In this document: positions 9,315 through 18,306 of the stretch, piece after piece
Numbering within the stretch: position 1 is the first letter of the stretch
How the letters are laid out: each line of letters opens with the position of its first letter
Assembly (NCBI GenBank): GCA_964373565.1
Contig: CAYJVF010000002.1
Coordinates: forward strand, 1 to 26,204
Source: an uncultured Candidatus Saccharibacteria bacterium
GTDB lineage: Bacteria; Patescibacteriota; Minisyncoccia; Minisyncoccales; Staskawiczbacteraceae
Direction of reading: 5' to 3'
Length of the DNA: 26,204 nt
Notes under the pieces: model-generated
Told to the model about the DNA's origin: nothing
The model's database searches: none
The model's input: the letters and a program-made list of their open reading frames with translations, nothing else
Program-made: the position numbers and the translations under genes

Positions 9315-9560
9315 TTAATCAGAAAAGTTATCTTCCATCTCCGGATATTGCTTGAGGTATTCTCGTACTTGAACAATAAGGTGACTTTTGGAATCAGCAA
9401 TATATTCACGAACTTCTTTGGACAGAGTCTCTTGACTATTTAATATTTTTTCTGCTTGCTTAGCGAGCTTGTTAATACTCCTAACTCTATCCAATTCTAT
9501 CATCTGTCTTTGAATTTCAAATCCACTAACTTCTCCTCTTTCTCTGTTTTCTTCTGACAT
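9315..9560 (-). CDS. Hypothetical helical protein (81 aa)
   Basis: AAGGAG SD before MSEENRERG (9560); no family recognised. Confidence 0.6.
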   Translation of the reverse strand: MSEENRERGEVSGFEIQRQMIELDRVRSINKLAKQAEKILNSQETLSKEVREYIADSKSHLIVQVREYLKQYPEMEDNFSD

Positions 9561-9667
9561 ATTTTTCTCCTTTTTTATTAGAACCGACCTTTTCACCCTA
9601 ACTTCATGTTACTCCCCCCGCAAAAGTCAATAGCGCTCATACTTAAAATTTGCTAAGATTATAAAAT

Positions 9668-10135
9668 ATGATTTTACTGGCACACATGCTATTCGGAGCG
9701 GCTATTGGTTCAACTATAAACAGTCCTTACTGGGCGGGGTTTTTGGCCCTACTAAGCCATTATTTTTTAGACCTTTTCCCCCATGTTGAATATTTACGGT
9801 CCACCGAAGCTTCAATTGAAAATATAAAAAGCAAATACTTTAAAATATATTTGTTTGACTTGGCCAAAGTGGCATTGGACTTTGGTCTTGGAATTTTTTC
9901 TATTTTTATGATTTTGGGAAACCAGCCGATTATTTACGCATGCGCCCTAATAGCGATACTGCCCGATTTTATGACCGTAGTAACATTGCTTTTCCCCAAC
10001 AAACTACTCCTATGGCATCACAAAATTCATACCGTATATGTGCACTACCTCACCAAGCAAAAAAAATTCTCCTTGTTTTGGAGAATTTTCACACAAGTAT
10101 TAGTTGTTTTTATAAGCATCTTTATTGTTCAATAA
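9668..10135 (+). CDS. Membrane-bound metal-dependent hydrolase-like protein (YdjM-like)
   Basis: Hydrophobic segments with AH, SHYFLD..PH, LPD and HHKIH motifs. Confidence 0.65.
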   Translation: MILLAHMLFGAAIGSTINSPYWAGFLALLSHYFLDLFPHVEYLRSTEASIENIKSKYFKIYLFDLAKVALDFGLGIFSIFMILGNQPIIYACALIAILPDFMTVVTLLFPNKLLLWHHKIHTVYVHYLTKQKKFSLFWRIFTQVLVVFISIFIVQ

Positions 10136-11153
10136 CTCCCTGTTCGCTGTTTTTTTCTAAAAATTCCTTGGTAAATTCGTATATTATGCCGCACACAGGC
10201 ACCATAAATATCATCCCAAGCACTCCAAAAATAATTCCGCCAACCAGCAAAGATATCAAAACCAAAATTGGCGGCAAATTCAAGAATTTTTTCATTAATA
10301 ACGGAGTGACAACGCTATTTTCTATTTGCTGTAGCACGGTTAAGGCAACTATCATGTAAGTAGCCAATAACCACGAGTTTGACATGCCTACAAACAAAAG
10401 CACTAAAATAGCAGTGGCAAGCGGCCCTATAAAAGGCACAAAAGTTAAAACTCCCGAAATTAAAGCCAGTATAAAAGCGTATTTTACATTAAAAATAAAG
10501 AAAATGGCGAAAGATGCCACTCCCACAAAAAGACAGGCTAAAAGCCTCGCGCCAAACCAACCTGCCACTTTATACTGCGCCGTTTCAAAAAGTTTAACCG
10601 CAAAGCCTTCATATTTTTTAGGAGTTAAAAGGGCAATAACTCTTTCTGTCCCCTTGTCTTCTATGGAAATATAGAAAGCAAAAATAAAAATAAGTATTGT
10701 TGAAGCAATCCCCCCAAAGAAAATAGTAATGGCTGTAATGATACTTTTTGAGCTTTCTTTCAATCCCAGAATCAGGCTCGAAACAAAATCTTCAAAATTT
10801 TGGGCGACATCAACGCCAAAAGTTTTCAAAAGAGGATTAATTCTTTCAAAATAATTTGGGATTGCCTTGGCTAGTTGATTCAATTCAAAAATAAAAATTG
10901 GAGCAGCCAGATAAATCAAAAGTCCTATAACGCCAAAAATTGCAAGATAGACTAAAATTACAGCTACTATTTTAGGAATAAATAATTTTCTTAAAACTTT
11001 TATCAACGGCTCAACTAAAATAGAAATCATTAAGGCAAAGAAAAACCAAACAACAATATCTCTCACCAAAAATAGAACATACAGGATAAAACCAGCCAGA
11101 AAAATTTTGGCTATTGTTGACCATGAAATATCTAAAGTTTGGTTCATAATCAT
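10122..11153 (-). CDS. AI-2E (PerM/UPF0118) family transporter
   Basis: Multi-TM protein with FVPFIGP and QQIENSVVTPLLMKK.LNLPP motifs. Start at 11153 or 11147. Confidence 0.9.
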   Translation of the reverse strand: MIMNQTLDISWSTIAKIFLAGFILYVLFLVRDIVVWFFFALMISILVEPLIKVLRKLFIPKIVAVILVYLAIFGVIGLLIYLAAPIFIFELNQLAKAIPNYFERINPLLKTFGVDVAQNFEDFVSSLILGLKESSKSIITAITIFFGGIASTILIFIFAFYISIEDKGTERVIALLTPKKYEGFAVKLFETAQYKVAGWFGARLLACLFVGVASFAIFFIFNVKYAFILALISGVLTFVPFIGPLATAILVLLFVGMSNSWLLATYMIVALTVLQQIENSVVTPLLMKKFLNLPPILVLISLLVGGIIFGVLGMIFMVPVCGIIYEFTKEFLEKNSEQGVIEQ

Positions 11154-11241
11154 GGCGACCCTAATATACGAATAACACACTAATCTACGAATACGAAATC
11201 GTATTAGTAGATTCGGATGAGATTAGTAGATTGGTGTCGCC
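11154..11241. repeat. Imperfect inverted-repeat element filling the M16 peptidase-AI-2E gap
   Basis: Terminal GGCGAC/GTCGCC. Arms are built of TACGAAT/CTAAT units with complementary ATTAGTAGATT units. Confidence 0.75.
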
Positions 11242-12512
11242 TATAACTTGAGTAATTTTTCCAACTGCAATTTCTCTTTCTCGCCTATTGGCCCTATCAC
11301 AGACAAATTAAGCTTATCGTCCCTAAAAATGTCTTTAGCTACTTTATTTATATCATTTATAGAAACCTTATCAATCATTTTCATTTTTTCTTCCGGTGTC
11401 AAAAGTTCCTTGCCCATAACTTCCTGATTAGCATAAAAAGAAGCTTGCGCGTCGGTAGCGTCTAGCGATAAAGCCATGCTTCCCCGCACAAAATCTTTAG
11501 CCTTCTTTAATTCTTTGACAGTAATTTTCTTATCACGCAAATCTCTGTACTCATCCAACACCAAACCCACTGCTTTTTTCAAGCTGTCATTTTTAATTCC
11601 CGATTGGGTCACCAAGTATCCTGTATCGGTGGTTGCATCAACTGAAGTGTGAACATAATACCCCAAGCCATTGCGTTCACGCACGGAAATAAACAAGCGC
11701 GAACTCATATTTCCGCCCAAAATAACTGACATTAAGGTTAACGCGTGCCTTCGCGGGTCAAACATATCGTAGGCCCGCACCCCAAGGCAAAAATGGGTTT
11801 GATCGGTTTTTTTATGGTGCAATAAAACTTCCGGCTGGCTTTGAAATTCCTTTACGGCTAACTTTGGCGAAGCTTGTTGATTTTTTGACTCGCCAAAATA
11901 CTTTTCCATTTTTGGGACGACTTGGGCGGGGTTAATGTCCCCGGCAATACAAATAACCGTATTTTGGTTTGAATAATGGGTTTTATAATAATCCACTACT
12001 TTTTCGCGGGTAAAACTATTAATATATTCTTTTTCACCTATAATTCTCCAACCGGCTGGCTGGTCTTTATACAGCAAATCTTCAAATAATTCGCTGACAT
12101 AACTAGATGGGGTATCCAAATACATATTTAACTCTTCAATCACTACGCCTTTTTCACGGTCAATTTCATCGGCTTTAAATGTGGCATTCAAAAACATGTC
12201 GGAAATCCAATCCAGCGCCACATCCGTGTGTTTTTTATCCACTTTTGCCCAAAACCCGGTGGTTTCTTTTGAAGTAAAGGCGTTGTACTGCCCGCCAATT
12301 TGGTCCAAAGTTTCTGAAATTTTTAGTGTGGTTGGCCGCTTTTTCGTTCCCTTAAAAAACATGTGCTCTAAAAAGTGCGAAATTCCATTTATATCTTTGG
12401 TTTCGTATTTTGACCCCGTGCCCACCAACACTAAAACGGTAACGCTGTTGGCATTTTTCATCGGCACCGAAATTATCCGCAGCCCATTTTTTAATTTAGT
12501 TTTTTTGAACAT
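11241..12512 (-). CDS. M16-family zinc peptidase
   Basis: GISHFLEHMFFKGT (inverted HxxEH), NAFTS, EKGVVIEE and SSRLF..VRE. Confidence 0.95.
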   Translation of the reverse strand: MFKKTKLKNGLRIISVPMKNANSVTVLVLVGTGSKYETKDINGISHFLEHMFFKGTKKRPTTLKISETLDQIGGQYNAFTSKETTGFWAKVDKKHTDVALDWISDMFLNATFKADEIDREKGVVIEELNMYLDTPSSYVSELFEDLLYKDQPAGWRIIGEKEYINSFTREKVVDYYKTHYSNQNTVICIAGDINPAQVVPKMEKYFGESKNQQASPKLAVKEFQSQPEVLLHHKKTDQTHFCLGVRAYDMFDPRRHALTLMSVILGGNMSSRLFISVRERNGLGYYVHTSVDATTDTGYLVTQSGIKNDSLKKAVGLVLDEYRDLRDKKITVKELKKAKDFVRGSMALSLDATDAQASFYANQEVMGKELLTPEEKMKMIDKVSINDINKVAKDIFRDDKLNLSVIGPIGEKEKLQLEKLLKL

Positions 12513-12533
12513 CTTAATATAAATTACAAATTA

Positions 12534-12590
12534 TCCCGATAAAAATTTACAGCTGTAAATTTTGATACGGGATCCCGTATTCCATCGGGA
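12534..12590. repeat. Branched (two-hairpin) REP-like element
   Basis: TCCCGAT/ATCGGGA stem enclosing two perfect palindromes of 22 bp (12542-12563) and 16 bp (12565-12580). Confidence 0.8.
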
Positions 12591-12613
12591 CAATATACAA
12601 ATTACAAATAATA

Positions 12614-13354
12614 TCAAAATTCTAATTTCCAAAATTCAAAACTATTTTTTCCCAAACCTACCGATGAAATCTTCTTTTGATATAACGCCCCCATTGAATG
12701 AAGTGTTTCCCCCTTCACCAATGTAAAGCCGAGCCCTTCCATCCGATCAGGATGCTTCTTGATGAGCCGCGAATCTGCGTGAATGTGAGTGATGGTTGGG
12801 TAGTCTTCAATAATCTCAGCCAAGTCTTTGAGCCCTCCCATAAATAATTCCTCGAGCCTAGAAAGTTCTATCCCTGTCGTCGGAAAGTGTAACTCAATAG
12901 TGTTTCTTTTTACTTCACAATGCACCGCTTGGTTGACTATTATTTTCTCAATATGCTTCCCCTCCGCATCCCTCATGCCAAGTTTATAAATAGGTTTTAA
13001 AATAGAAAATGCCCTGTCAATGAATTCTCTTCTATTCTTTATACCCACAAGTTCTAATAAACGATTTTTAATATCTTCACGATTCACGACTCCAGACCTG
13101 AAAAATGGCTCTAAACTATCAAATAATTTTTCAACTCTTTCGACACCATCTTCGGAATAATCGAAATAATCACCTATTGTGCCCCTTCTTCTTTGTTCAT
13201 CTCTTCGCTCTTTTAATTCTAAATCTTCTGGCTCTATAGCAAGATCGGTTGTCCGCTTTTTGCGCGGCTGAATTTCCATCGGCACCGGATTTGGAATTTC
13301 TACTTCATCTTTTCCTACTTCCGGTTCGTTGGTTGGAAACTGATCTGGCTTCAT
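12614..13354 (-). CDS. Hypothetical protein (CPR-type), possibly frameshifted near its C-terminus
   Basis: 246-aa ORF with an acidic Pro-rich N-terminus. An alternative frame after the G5 run at 12709-12713 ends VISKEDFIGRFGKK* at 12642. Confidence 0.65.
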   Translation of the reverse strand: MKPDQFPTNEPEVGKDEVEIPNPVPMEIQPRKKRTTDLAIEPEDLELKERRDEQRRRGTIGDYFDYSEDGVERVEKLFDSLEPFFRSGVVNREDIKNRLLELVGIKNRREFIDRAFSILKPIYKLGMRDAEGKHIEKIIVNQAVHCEVKRNTIELHFPTTGIELSRLEELFMGGLKDLAEIIEDYPTITHIHADSRLIKKHPDRMEGLGFTLVKGETLHSMGALYQKKISSVGLGKNSFEFWKLEF

Positions 13355-13363
13355 GCTTACTTT

Positions 13364-13633
13364 TTATTTATAAATATCGTGGTCATCAATATCGCAATAG
13401 ACAACTTGGTTATCTTTTAAAAATTTAAACAAGATTCTATGGCTTTTTGTGACTGAAAATGCCCAAAAATCAGCTAAACGCCCATGGAGTTTGTGGGTAT
13501 GCAAACCTGGATGCAAAAAGTTATTCTCAAAAACTGCTATTTTACGCATAGCGGTTTCCTGCATTTTCTTATCAAGGCTATAGAGTTTAGGTTCAAAATT
13601 CGGAGCAGTATAGGACTTATTTATTTTTGGCAT
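13364..13633 (-). CDS. RelE/ParE-superfamily toxin (mRNA-interferase-like)
   Basis: 89 aa with HP.LHTHKLHGRLADFWAFSV...RILF..IDDHDIY. Confidence 0.85.
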   Translation of the reverse strand: MPKINKSYTAPNFEPKLYSLDKKMQETAMRKIAVFENNFLHPGLHTHKLHGRLADFWAFSVTKSHRILFKFLKDNQVVYCDIDDHDIYK

Positions 13634-13826
13634 GCCATTCCTTTAAAAAATCTTTGAAGGGTCGTATTTTGCCTTCGCGAATTGCCCTTTCTCCAGCCAA
13701 AATAGCATCCATGGCTTGCTGTGTTTCCCATAGTTTTTTTTCCATTTTCTGCCATTTTTTCAAGGGAATAATCACCGAGCCATCTTGCACTTTTACCCTT
13801 GAGAATATAATACTTTTTTGAGTCAT
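13617..13826 (-). CDS. Putative cognate antitoxin
   Basis: 69 aa upstream of the toxin and overlapping it by 17 nt; VIIPLKKWQKM..AILAGERAIREGK. Confidence 0.7.
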   Translation of the reverse strand: MTQKSIIFSRVKVQDGSVIIPLKKWQKMEKKLWETQQAMDAILAGERAIREGKIRPFKDFLKEWHAKNK

Positions 13827-13831
13827 ATTTT

Positions 13832-15154
13832 TTACTTTGATAATAGCACACTTATGTGACGTTTCAAATCAGAAACTTTTATTCTTTCTTGTTTAGTGGT
13901 ATCCCTATCCCGAACGGTTACCGTGTCACTTTCCAATGTTTCGAAGTCGACTGTAATTGACGCCGGTGTGCCGATTTCGTCTTGGCTGTAATATCTTTTC
14001 CCAATATTTCCGCGGTCGTCCCAAGCTGTCATAAAGTCTTTTTTCAAATCATCATAAATTTCGCGCGCTTTGGCAACCAGTTCCGGCTTATTTTTAAGTA
14101 AAGGGAAAACCGCCGCTTTGTATGGCGCGATTTTGGGATGTAATTTCAATACAATTCTTTCTTTTTCTTCAGTATAAGCATCGCAAAGCACGGCTAAAAC
14201 AGACCTGTCTACGCCAAAAGTGGGCTCTACCACATGCGGATAAAATGATTCTCCCGTTTCTTCGTCTCTGTATGGCGCTTCCTTATAATGATTCTTTAAA
14301 TCAAAATCGGTGCGGTAAGCTAAACCATATAATTCTTCTATACCAAAGGGAAATTTATAATCAAAATCTATTGTTCTTTTAGAATAATGGGCAAGCTCAT
14401 CATTTAAAATTTCTGTTTCGCGGATATGAGATTTTTCCAATCCAAGCACATTAGTCATCCAATCCCACATTTCATTCTTCCAATATTCAAACGATTTTTC
14501 CCAATCAGCCTCCTTGATAAAATATTCAATTTCCATTTGCTCAAACTCGCGAGTGCGGAAAATAAAGTTGCCGGGAGTAATTTCATTCCTGAACGCTTTT
14601 CCAATTTGGGCAATGCCAAACGGAATTTTTTTGCGCGAAGTTTCTAAAACATTTTTAAAATCCACAAACATTGCTTGGGCAGTTTCGGGCCTGAAATACA
14701 CAACCGAATCTTTATCTTCCACTGGACCCAAAAAAGTCCTCAACATTAAGTTAAATTGTTTTGCTTCTGTAAGTTGATATTTTGCATTACAATTTGGACA
14801 CTCTACGTCTGCAGTTTTTATACCTGTCTGGTTTTCTCCCCAAACTAAAGAACGAAATCGGTGGTGGCACTTTTTGCATTCTACCAGCGGGTCCGAAAAT
14901 TCTTTCAAGTGCCCCGATGCCTCCCACGCTTTTGGGTTCATGATCAAGGCCGCATCAATGCCCACCATATCATCTCGTTCATGGACAAATTTCTTCCACC
15001 AAAGTTGCTTGATGTTGTTTTTCAGCTCAACGCCAAGAGGACCATAGTCCCAGGAATTAGCCAACCCCCCATAAATTTCAGAGCCGGGGAATATAAAACC
15101 CCGCCTTTTGCAAAGGGAAACTACTTTTTCCATTAGGTCGGCTTCTTTTTTCAT
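13832..15154 (-). CDS. glyQS: Glycine--tRNA ligase (alpha2 type)
   Basis: SLCKRRGFIFPGSEIYGG, RPETAQ, FRNEITPGNFIFRTREFEQMEIE and IGKRYYSQDEIGTP. Confidence 0.97.
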   Translation of the reverse strand: MKKEADLMEKVVSLCKRRGFIFPGSEIYGGLANSWDYGPLGVELKNNIKQLWWKKFVHERDDMVGIDAALIMNPKAWEASGHLKEFSDPLVECKKCHHRFRSLVWGENQTGIKTADVECPNCNAKYQLTEAKQFNLMLRTFLGPVEDKDSVVYFRPETAQAMFVDFKNVLETSRKKIPFGIAQIGKAFRNEITPGNFIFRTREFEQMEIEYFIKEADWEKSFEYWKNEMWDWMTNVLGLEKSHIRETEILNDELAHYSKRTIDFDYKFPFGIEELYGLAYRTDFDLKNHYKEAPYRDEETGESFYPHVVEPTFGVDRSVLAVLCDAYTEEKERIVLKLHPKIAPYKAAVFPLLKNKPELVAKAREIYDDLKKDFMTAWDDRGNIGKRYYSQDEIGTPASITVDFETLESDTVTVRDRDTTKQERIKVSDLKRHISVLLSK

Positions 15155-15202
15155 GTTTCTTTATTCTACATTTAAAAGCCAAAAAATTCAATTTTATTTA
15201 AG

Positions 15203-15227
15203 AAAAAACCCAAGGTGTTGCCTCGGG
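15203..15227 (-). terminator. Cupin gene terminator
   Basis: CCCGAGG-N5-CCUUGGG with a G-U pair and a U6 tract on the minus strand. Confidence 0.6.
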
Positions 15228-15238
15228 CATTAGTTGTT

Positions 15239-15772
15239 TTACTTCCAGTAGTCCATTAGGGGACCATATTTTCCAAAGAGCAAGTCGGCAACGGGCAAGG
15301 ATACCTTTTTTATTCTATCAACAGAGCCGTTGAAATTCCTTTTCCACGGCCTGCGCAAGTCCCATTTCTGGTCCTTTGGGTAAAGACCAAAAACGGTAAA
15401 ATCCCCCGTATAGCTTACCGCCTGATGGCCAAGTCCGGCGGGGATCAACACCACATCACCCGATTTAACTTGGTAATCGGAGCCGATGTTTTCACCCCCG
15501 AGTTTTAGAGTTGCCTCACCCCTAAAAACTACGAGGGCTTCGTGGGCTGTGCTGTGGTAGTGAGTCCATGAATAGACTTTGTCAGTCCAATCCAGCCACC
15601 ATTCATTCTTATCAGCCAAACTTTTCAGTTCTTGTTCGGATTCTCTTTCCGCAAAACTTCCAAAGGAAACGGCTTTCTTAAAAATCACCGCGGGCAGGAC
15701 AGAGTTTGGTAAGGCTCCGTCTCTTGAAAAAGTCCTGGAAATTACAGTTTCTTTCGGGTAGAGATTCAACAT
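15239..15772 (-). CDS. Cupin-domain protein (YjlB-like)
   Basis: HYHSTAHEAL and GDVVLIPAGLGH motifs. AGGAG spacing favours the second ATG (15772). Confidence 0.85.
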   Translation of the reverse strand: MLNLYPKETVISRTFSRDGALPNSVLPAVIFKKAVSFGSFAERESEQELKSLADKNEWWLDWTDKVYSWTHYHSTAHEALVVFRGEATLKLGGENIGSDYQVKSGDVVLIPAGLGHQAVSYTGDFTVFGLYPKDQKWDLRRPWKRNFNGSVDRIKKVSLPVADLLFGKYGPLMDYWK

Positions 15773-15816
15773 TGGCATCTCCTTAAGTGTTTGCCTTACT
15801 TTTCGAAACTTTCCTT

Positions 15817-15845
15817 AATCTAATCTTTTTCTACAATTTTGTCAA
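15817..15845 (-). promoter_or_regulatory. Cupin gene promoter
   Basis: TTGACA-N17-TAGATT, overlapping the upstream terminator's U tract. Confidence 0.55.
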
Positions 15846-15881
15846 AAAAAACGGCTCTCCGACCGTGGTCGGAGAGCCGTT
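15844..15881 (-). terminator. Strong intrinsic terminator
   Basis: Perfect 15-bp arms AACGGCTCTCCGACC/GGTCGGAGAGCCGTT with an A8 tract on the plus strand. Confidence 0.85.
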
Positions 15882-15898
15882 GAGTCCTTGAGTTTTTT

Positions 15899-15930
15899 CT
15901 ACTCACTACAAACTACTCACTACAAACTAC
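15899..15930. repeat. Tandem 14-mer (CTACTCACTACAAA)x2 plus CTAC
   Basis: Directly visible next to the stop codon at 15931. Near-identical unit inside tatD. Confidence 0.8.
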
Positions 15931-17583
15931 TTACCGAACCACCCCTTTCCCGGAATTTTCCGAATCATCGGGAATATTTGTGTTGATACCCACAGCCATT
16001 CCTTGAATTAATTTATCTGTTGACTGGTCTTCGCCCGAAGCTGTTGCCTGACCAATTAACTGCACCACACCCCCTTTTTGAAAAGCTTGGGGTGTTAACG
16101 CAACTTTAAAATAAAGATTGATTGTAGACTGGCCTGCCTTTGCGTCTCCTGCTGACCACAAAATTTCGCGACTGACAGAATCATATGAGAATTTACCCGC
16201 CTCGCTTTCTGGCGCCATTTCGTCAACTAACCCCATCCCTTGGCCTAATTTAGCCCTCACTTTTATATTTTTAACATCATTCAAGGAATTTTTAACTTGC
16301 CATAAAATTATGTAAGTTGTCGTTTGGCCGACAGAAGGTGGCACGGGGCCTAAGTTTTGCATTCCACCCGTATTTTGAAAATAGGCTTTCTGAACAACAT
16401 CCAACCTTGAACTGATTTTTGTCTGAAATTCTTCTGAAATATCAAAAATATCAATTTTATTCTTAATTAACATATTGTTTTTTTCCGCTTCCGAAAAATC
16501 CAAAAATTCTTTTAATTTTATTGAAAATTCAACCTTGGCTTCTTCGTTGGGGTAAAGAGTTTTGAGGCGGGATAATTTTTTATAATCAAAAATAATCAGA
16601 TTGTCATTGGGCTTTGCCTGCCCGTCAACAGAATTTAGAGTAGATAAATCAAAGACATTTTGGTCAATTCTATATATGGCGAATAAATCAGGAAATTCAG
16701 TAGAGCCTATGTTTCTAAAAAATATTTCGTATTTTAAAGTCTCGCCGGGGGTGGCAACATAGTCTGAAAAACCGTTAACTTGCTGGGAAATAAAAAGTAA
16801 GGGTTGTATGACTTTAACTTCTTTTTGGGCTTCTTTTATTACAACAAAAGTTCCGTCCTGCCACATGCCTAATTTAGCAGAAAAAATCAATTGATTTTCA
16901 GTTGTTGAACTTAAAGCTCCCCTGATTCTTATTCTTCCGCCCTGCGCCTTTTTCAACAAATTCAGTTTCCATTCCGCATCGTCTAAAGAAGTGGGCTCTG
17001 AAGATTTAAAAACAAATCCCTCAACCGGCTCAACTTTTACGCTTAAATTTTCCAAAGGATAATCTATGCTGGAAAAATAATTTATTGAATAGCTTATTTC
17101 TTTGTTTTTTTCCAGTTTGGTGGGAATGTCAAAATCCAAAGTAATCGGCACGGTTTCAATTTTAGTAGTGTAGGTGGTGTTTGACTCGTATCTGGCTGAT
17201 AGATTTTTAGGTATGTAAGAAAGCCATGCTTTGGCAACTTTTAAATCTCCCTCCTTTCCCAAGATTACGCCCGAAAACTTCATAAAATTTTCTTCGCCCG
17301 GATAAATGTCTTTTAAAGTTTGTATAAATCTGATTTTTCCGTCTTCGGTCAAGGAATTTTCAGGCAGTTCAAAAGTAATTCTGGGATCTTGCAAAACAAA
17401 ATTTCCATTGTTTTTATATTTTACGGTGTATTCAACCCTATCTCCCGCTTTAGCCGATTCCGGACCCAAAATTTCAAGGCGCAAAATTTCTTTTGAAAAA
17501 ACTCTTTCCCGCCAAAGCCAAAAACCGGCAGCTCCCAAAACTACCAAAACCGCCAATAAAATAACAGTAATTTTCTTTTCCAT
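15931..17583 (-). CDS. Membrane-anchored beta-rich (Ig-like/DUF11-like) hypothetical protein
   Basis: N-terminal TM helix and repeated G..Y...Y.N.G motifs (GDRVEYTVKYKNNG, GETLKYEIFFRNIG). Confidence 0.75.
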   Translation of the reverse strand: MEKKITVILLAVLVVLGAAGFWLWRERVFSKEILRLEILGPESAKAGDRVEYTVKYKNNGNFVLQDPRITFELPENSLTEDGKIRFIQTLKDIYPGEENFMKFSGVILGKEGDLKVAKAWLSYIPKNLSARYESNTTYTTKIETVPITLDFDIPTKLEKNKEISYSINYFSSIDYPLENLSVKVEPVEGFVFKSSEPTSLDDAEWKLNLLKKAQGGRIRIRGALSSTTENQLIFSAKLGMWQDGTFVVIKEAQKEVKVIQPLLFISQQVNGFSDYVATPGETLKYEIFFRNIGSTEFPDLFAIYRIDQNVFDLSTLNSVDGQAKPNDNLIIFDYKKLSRLKTLYPNEEAKVEFSIKLKEFLDFSEAEKNNMLIKNKIDIFDISEEFQTKISSRLDVVQKAYFQNTGGMQNLGPVPPSVGQTTTYIILWQVKNSLNDVKNIKVRAKLGQGMGLVDEMAPESEAGKFSYDSVSREILWSAGDAKAGQSTINLYFKVALTPQAFQKGGVVQLIGQATASGEDQSTDKLIQGMAVGINTNIPDDSENSGKGVVR

Positions 17584-18299
17584 TATTTGTCCGTATAACT
17601 TAAATATTCTGCGTATTCTTTTGACAAGCTTTCCAGCTCTAAACTTAAAACTGGTTCAAACTTCAGCTTCGGCAAAATATCCCATTCTCTATTTAAAATC
17701 AATCTTAATACTTTTACAATACCCGCGCTAACTTTTATACCGTTCTTTTGGGCGGTTTGGCAATTTTGACATAAAATTCCACCTTCTTTGCAGGAAAAAT
17801 AAAGGCCGTCTTCTTTTAATTTATTATTGCAAATTGCACAAGCAGATAATCTGGGCTTATATCCCAAAGTTGCAAGTAAATTCCAAAAAAAGTATTGCCA
17901 GCATACGAAATGTTTTGGTTGGTCGTTTAATTTTTCAAAAGTTTCCTCAATCAGACTGAAAATTTCTTTATCCTTTTCCTGTCCTTTTATAAAATGCGAA
18001 AGACTATCTGAAATTCTGTGGGCAATTTCCAGTTTCTCGGGCGAATCGGTCAAAAAATTGAATTTTTTTTCTAAAAAAGCGTCTGTGAGAGTTTTTCTGT
18101 TTTTGCCCTGCACAAATTCAATTTCTGAAAATGAAAATATTTCCATCGCGGACTTTAACTTTGAATCAATTTTCCTGATAGCCTTTCCAAAAATTTCCAC
18201 CCTGCCAAAATCCCGCGTAAATACTGAAAAAACCCCGTCTGCGTCGTGCCTATCTTCTTTTTTAAATATAAAACCGTTGGTATTATAATATAACGCCAT
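17583..18299 (-). CDS. recO: DNA repair protein RecO
   Basis: D.VFSVFTRDFGRV..GKAIRK..SKL OB-fold and a CAIC..GGILCQNC zinc finger. True start MALYY (18299). Confidence 0.92.
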   Translation of the reverse strand: MALYYNTNGFIFKKEDRHDADGVFSVFTRDFGRVEIFGKAIRKIDSKLKSAMEIFSFSEIEFVQGKNRKTLTDAFLEKKFNFLTDSPEKLEIAHRISDSLSHFIKGQEKDKEIFSLIEETFEKLNDQPKHFVCWQYFFWNLLATLGYKPRLSACAICNNKLKEDGLYFSCKEGGILCQNCQTAQKNGIKVSAGIVKVLRLILNREWDILPKLKFEPVLSLELESLSKEYAEYLSYTDK

Positions 18300-18306
18300 T
18301 ATAATT

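Noticed and set aside
15850-15881. 15-bp-arm hairpin as a mobile repeat
   Set aside because: Its position after a stop codon and the adjacent U tract are fully explained by an intrinsic terminator.
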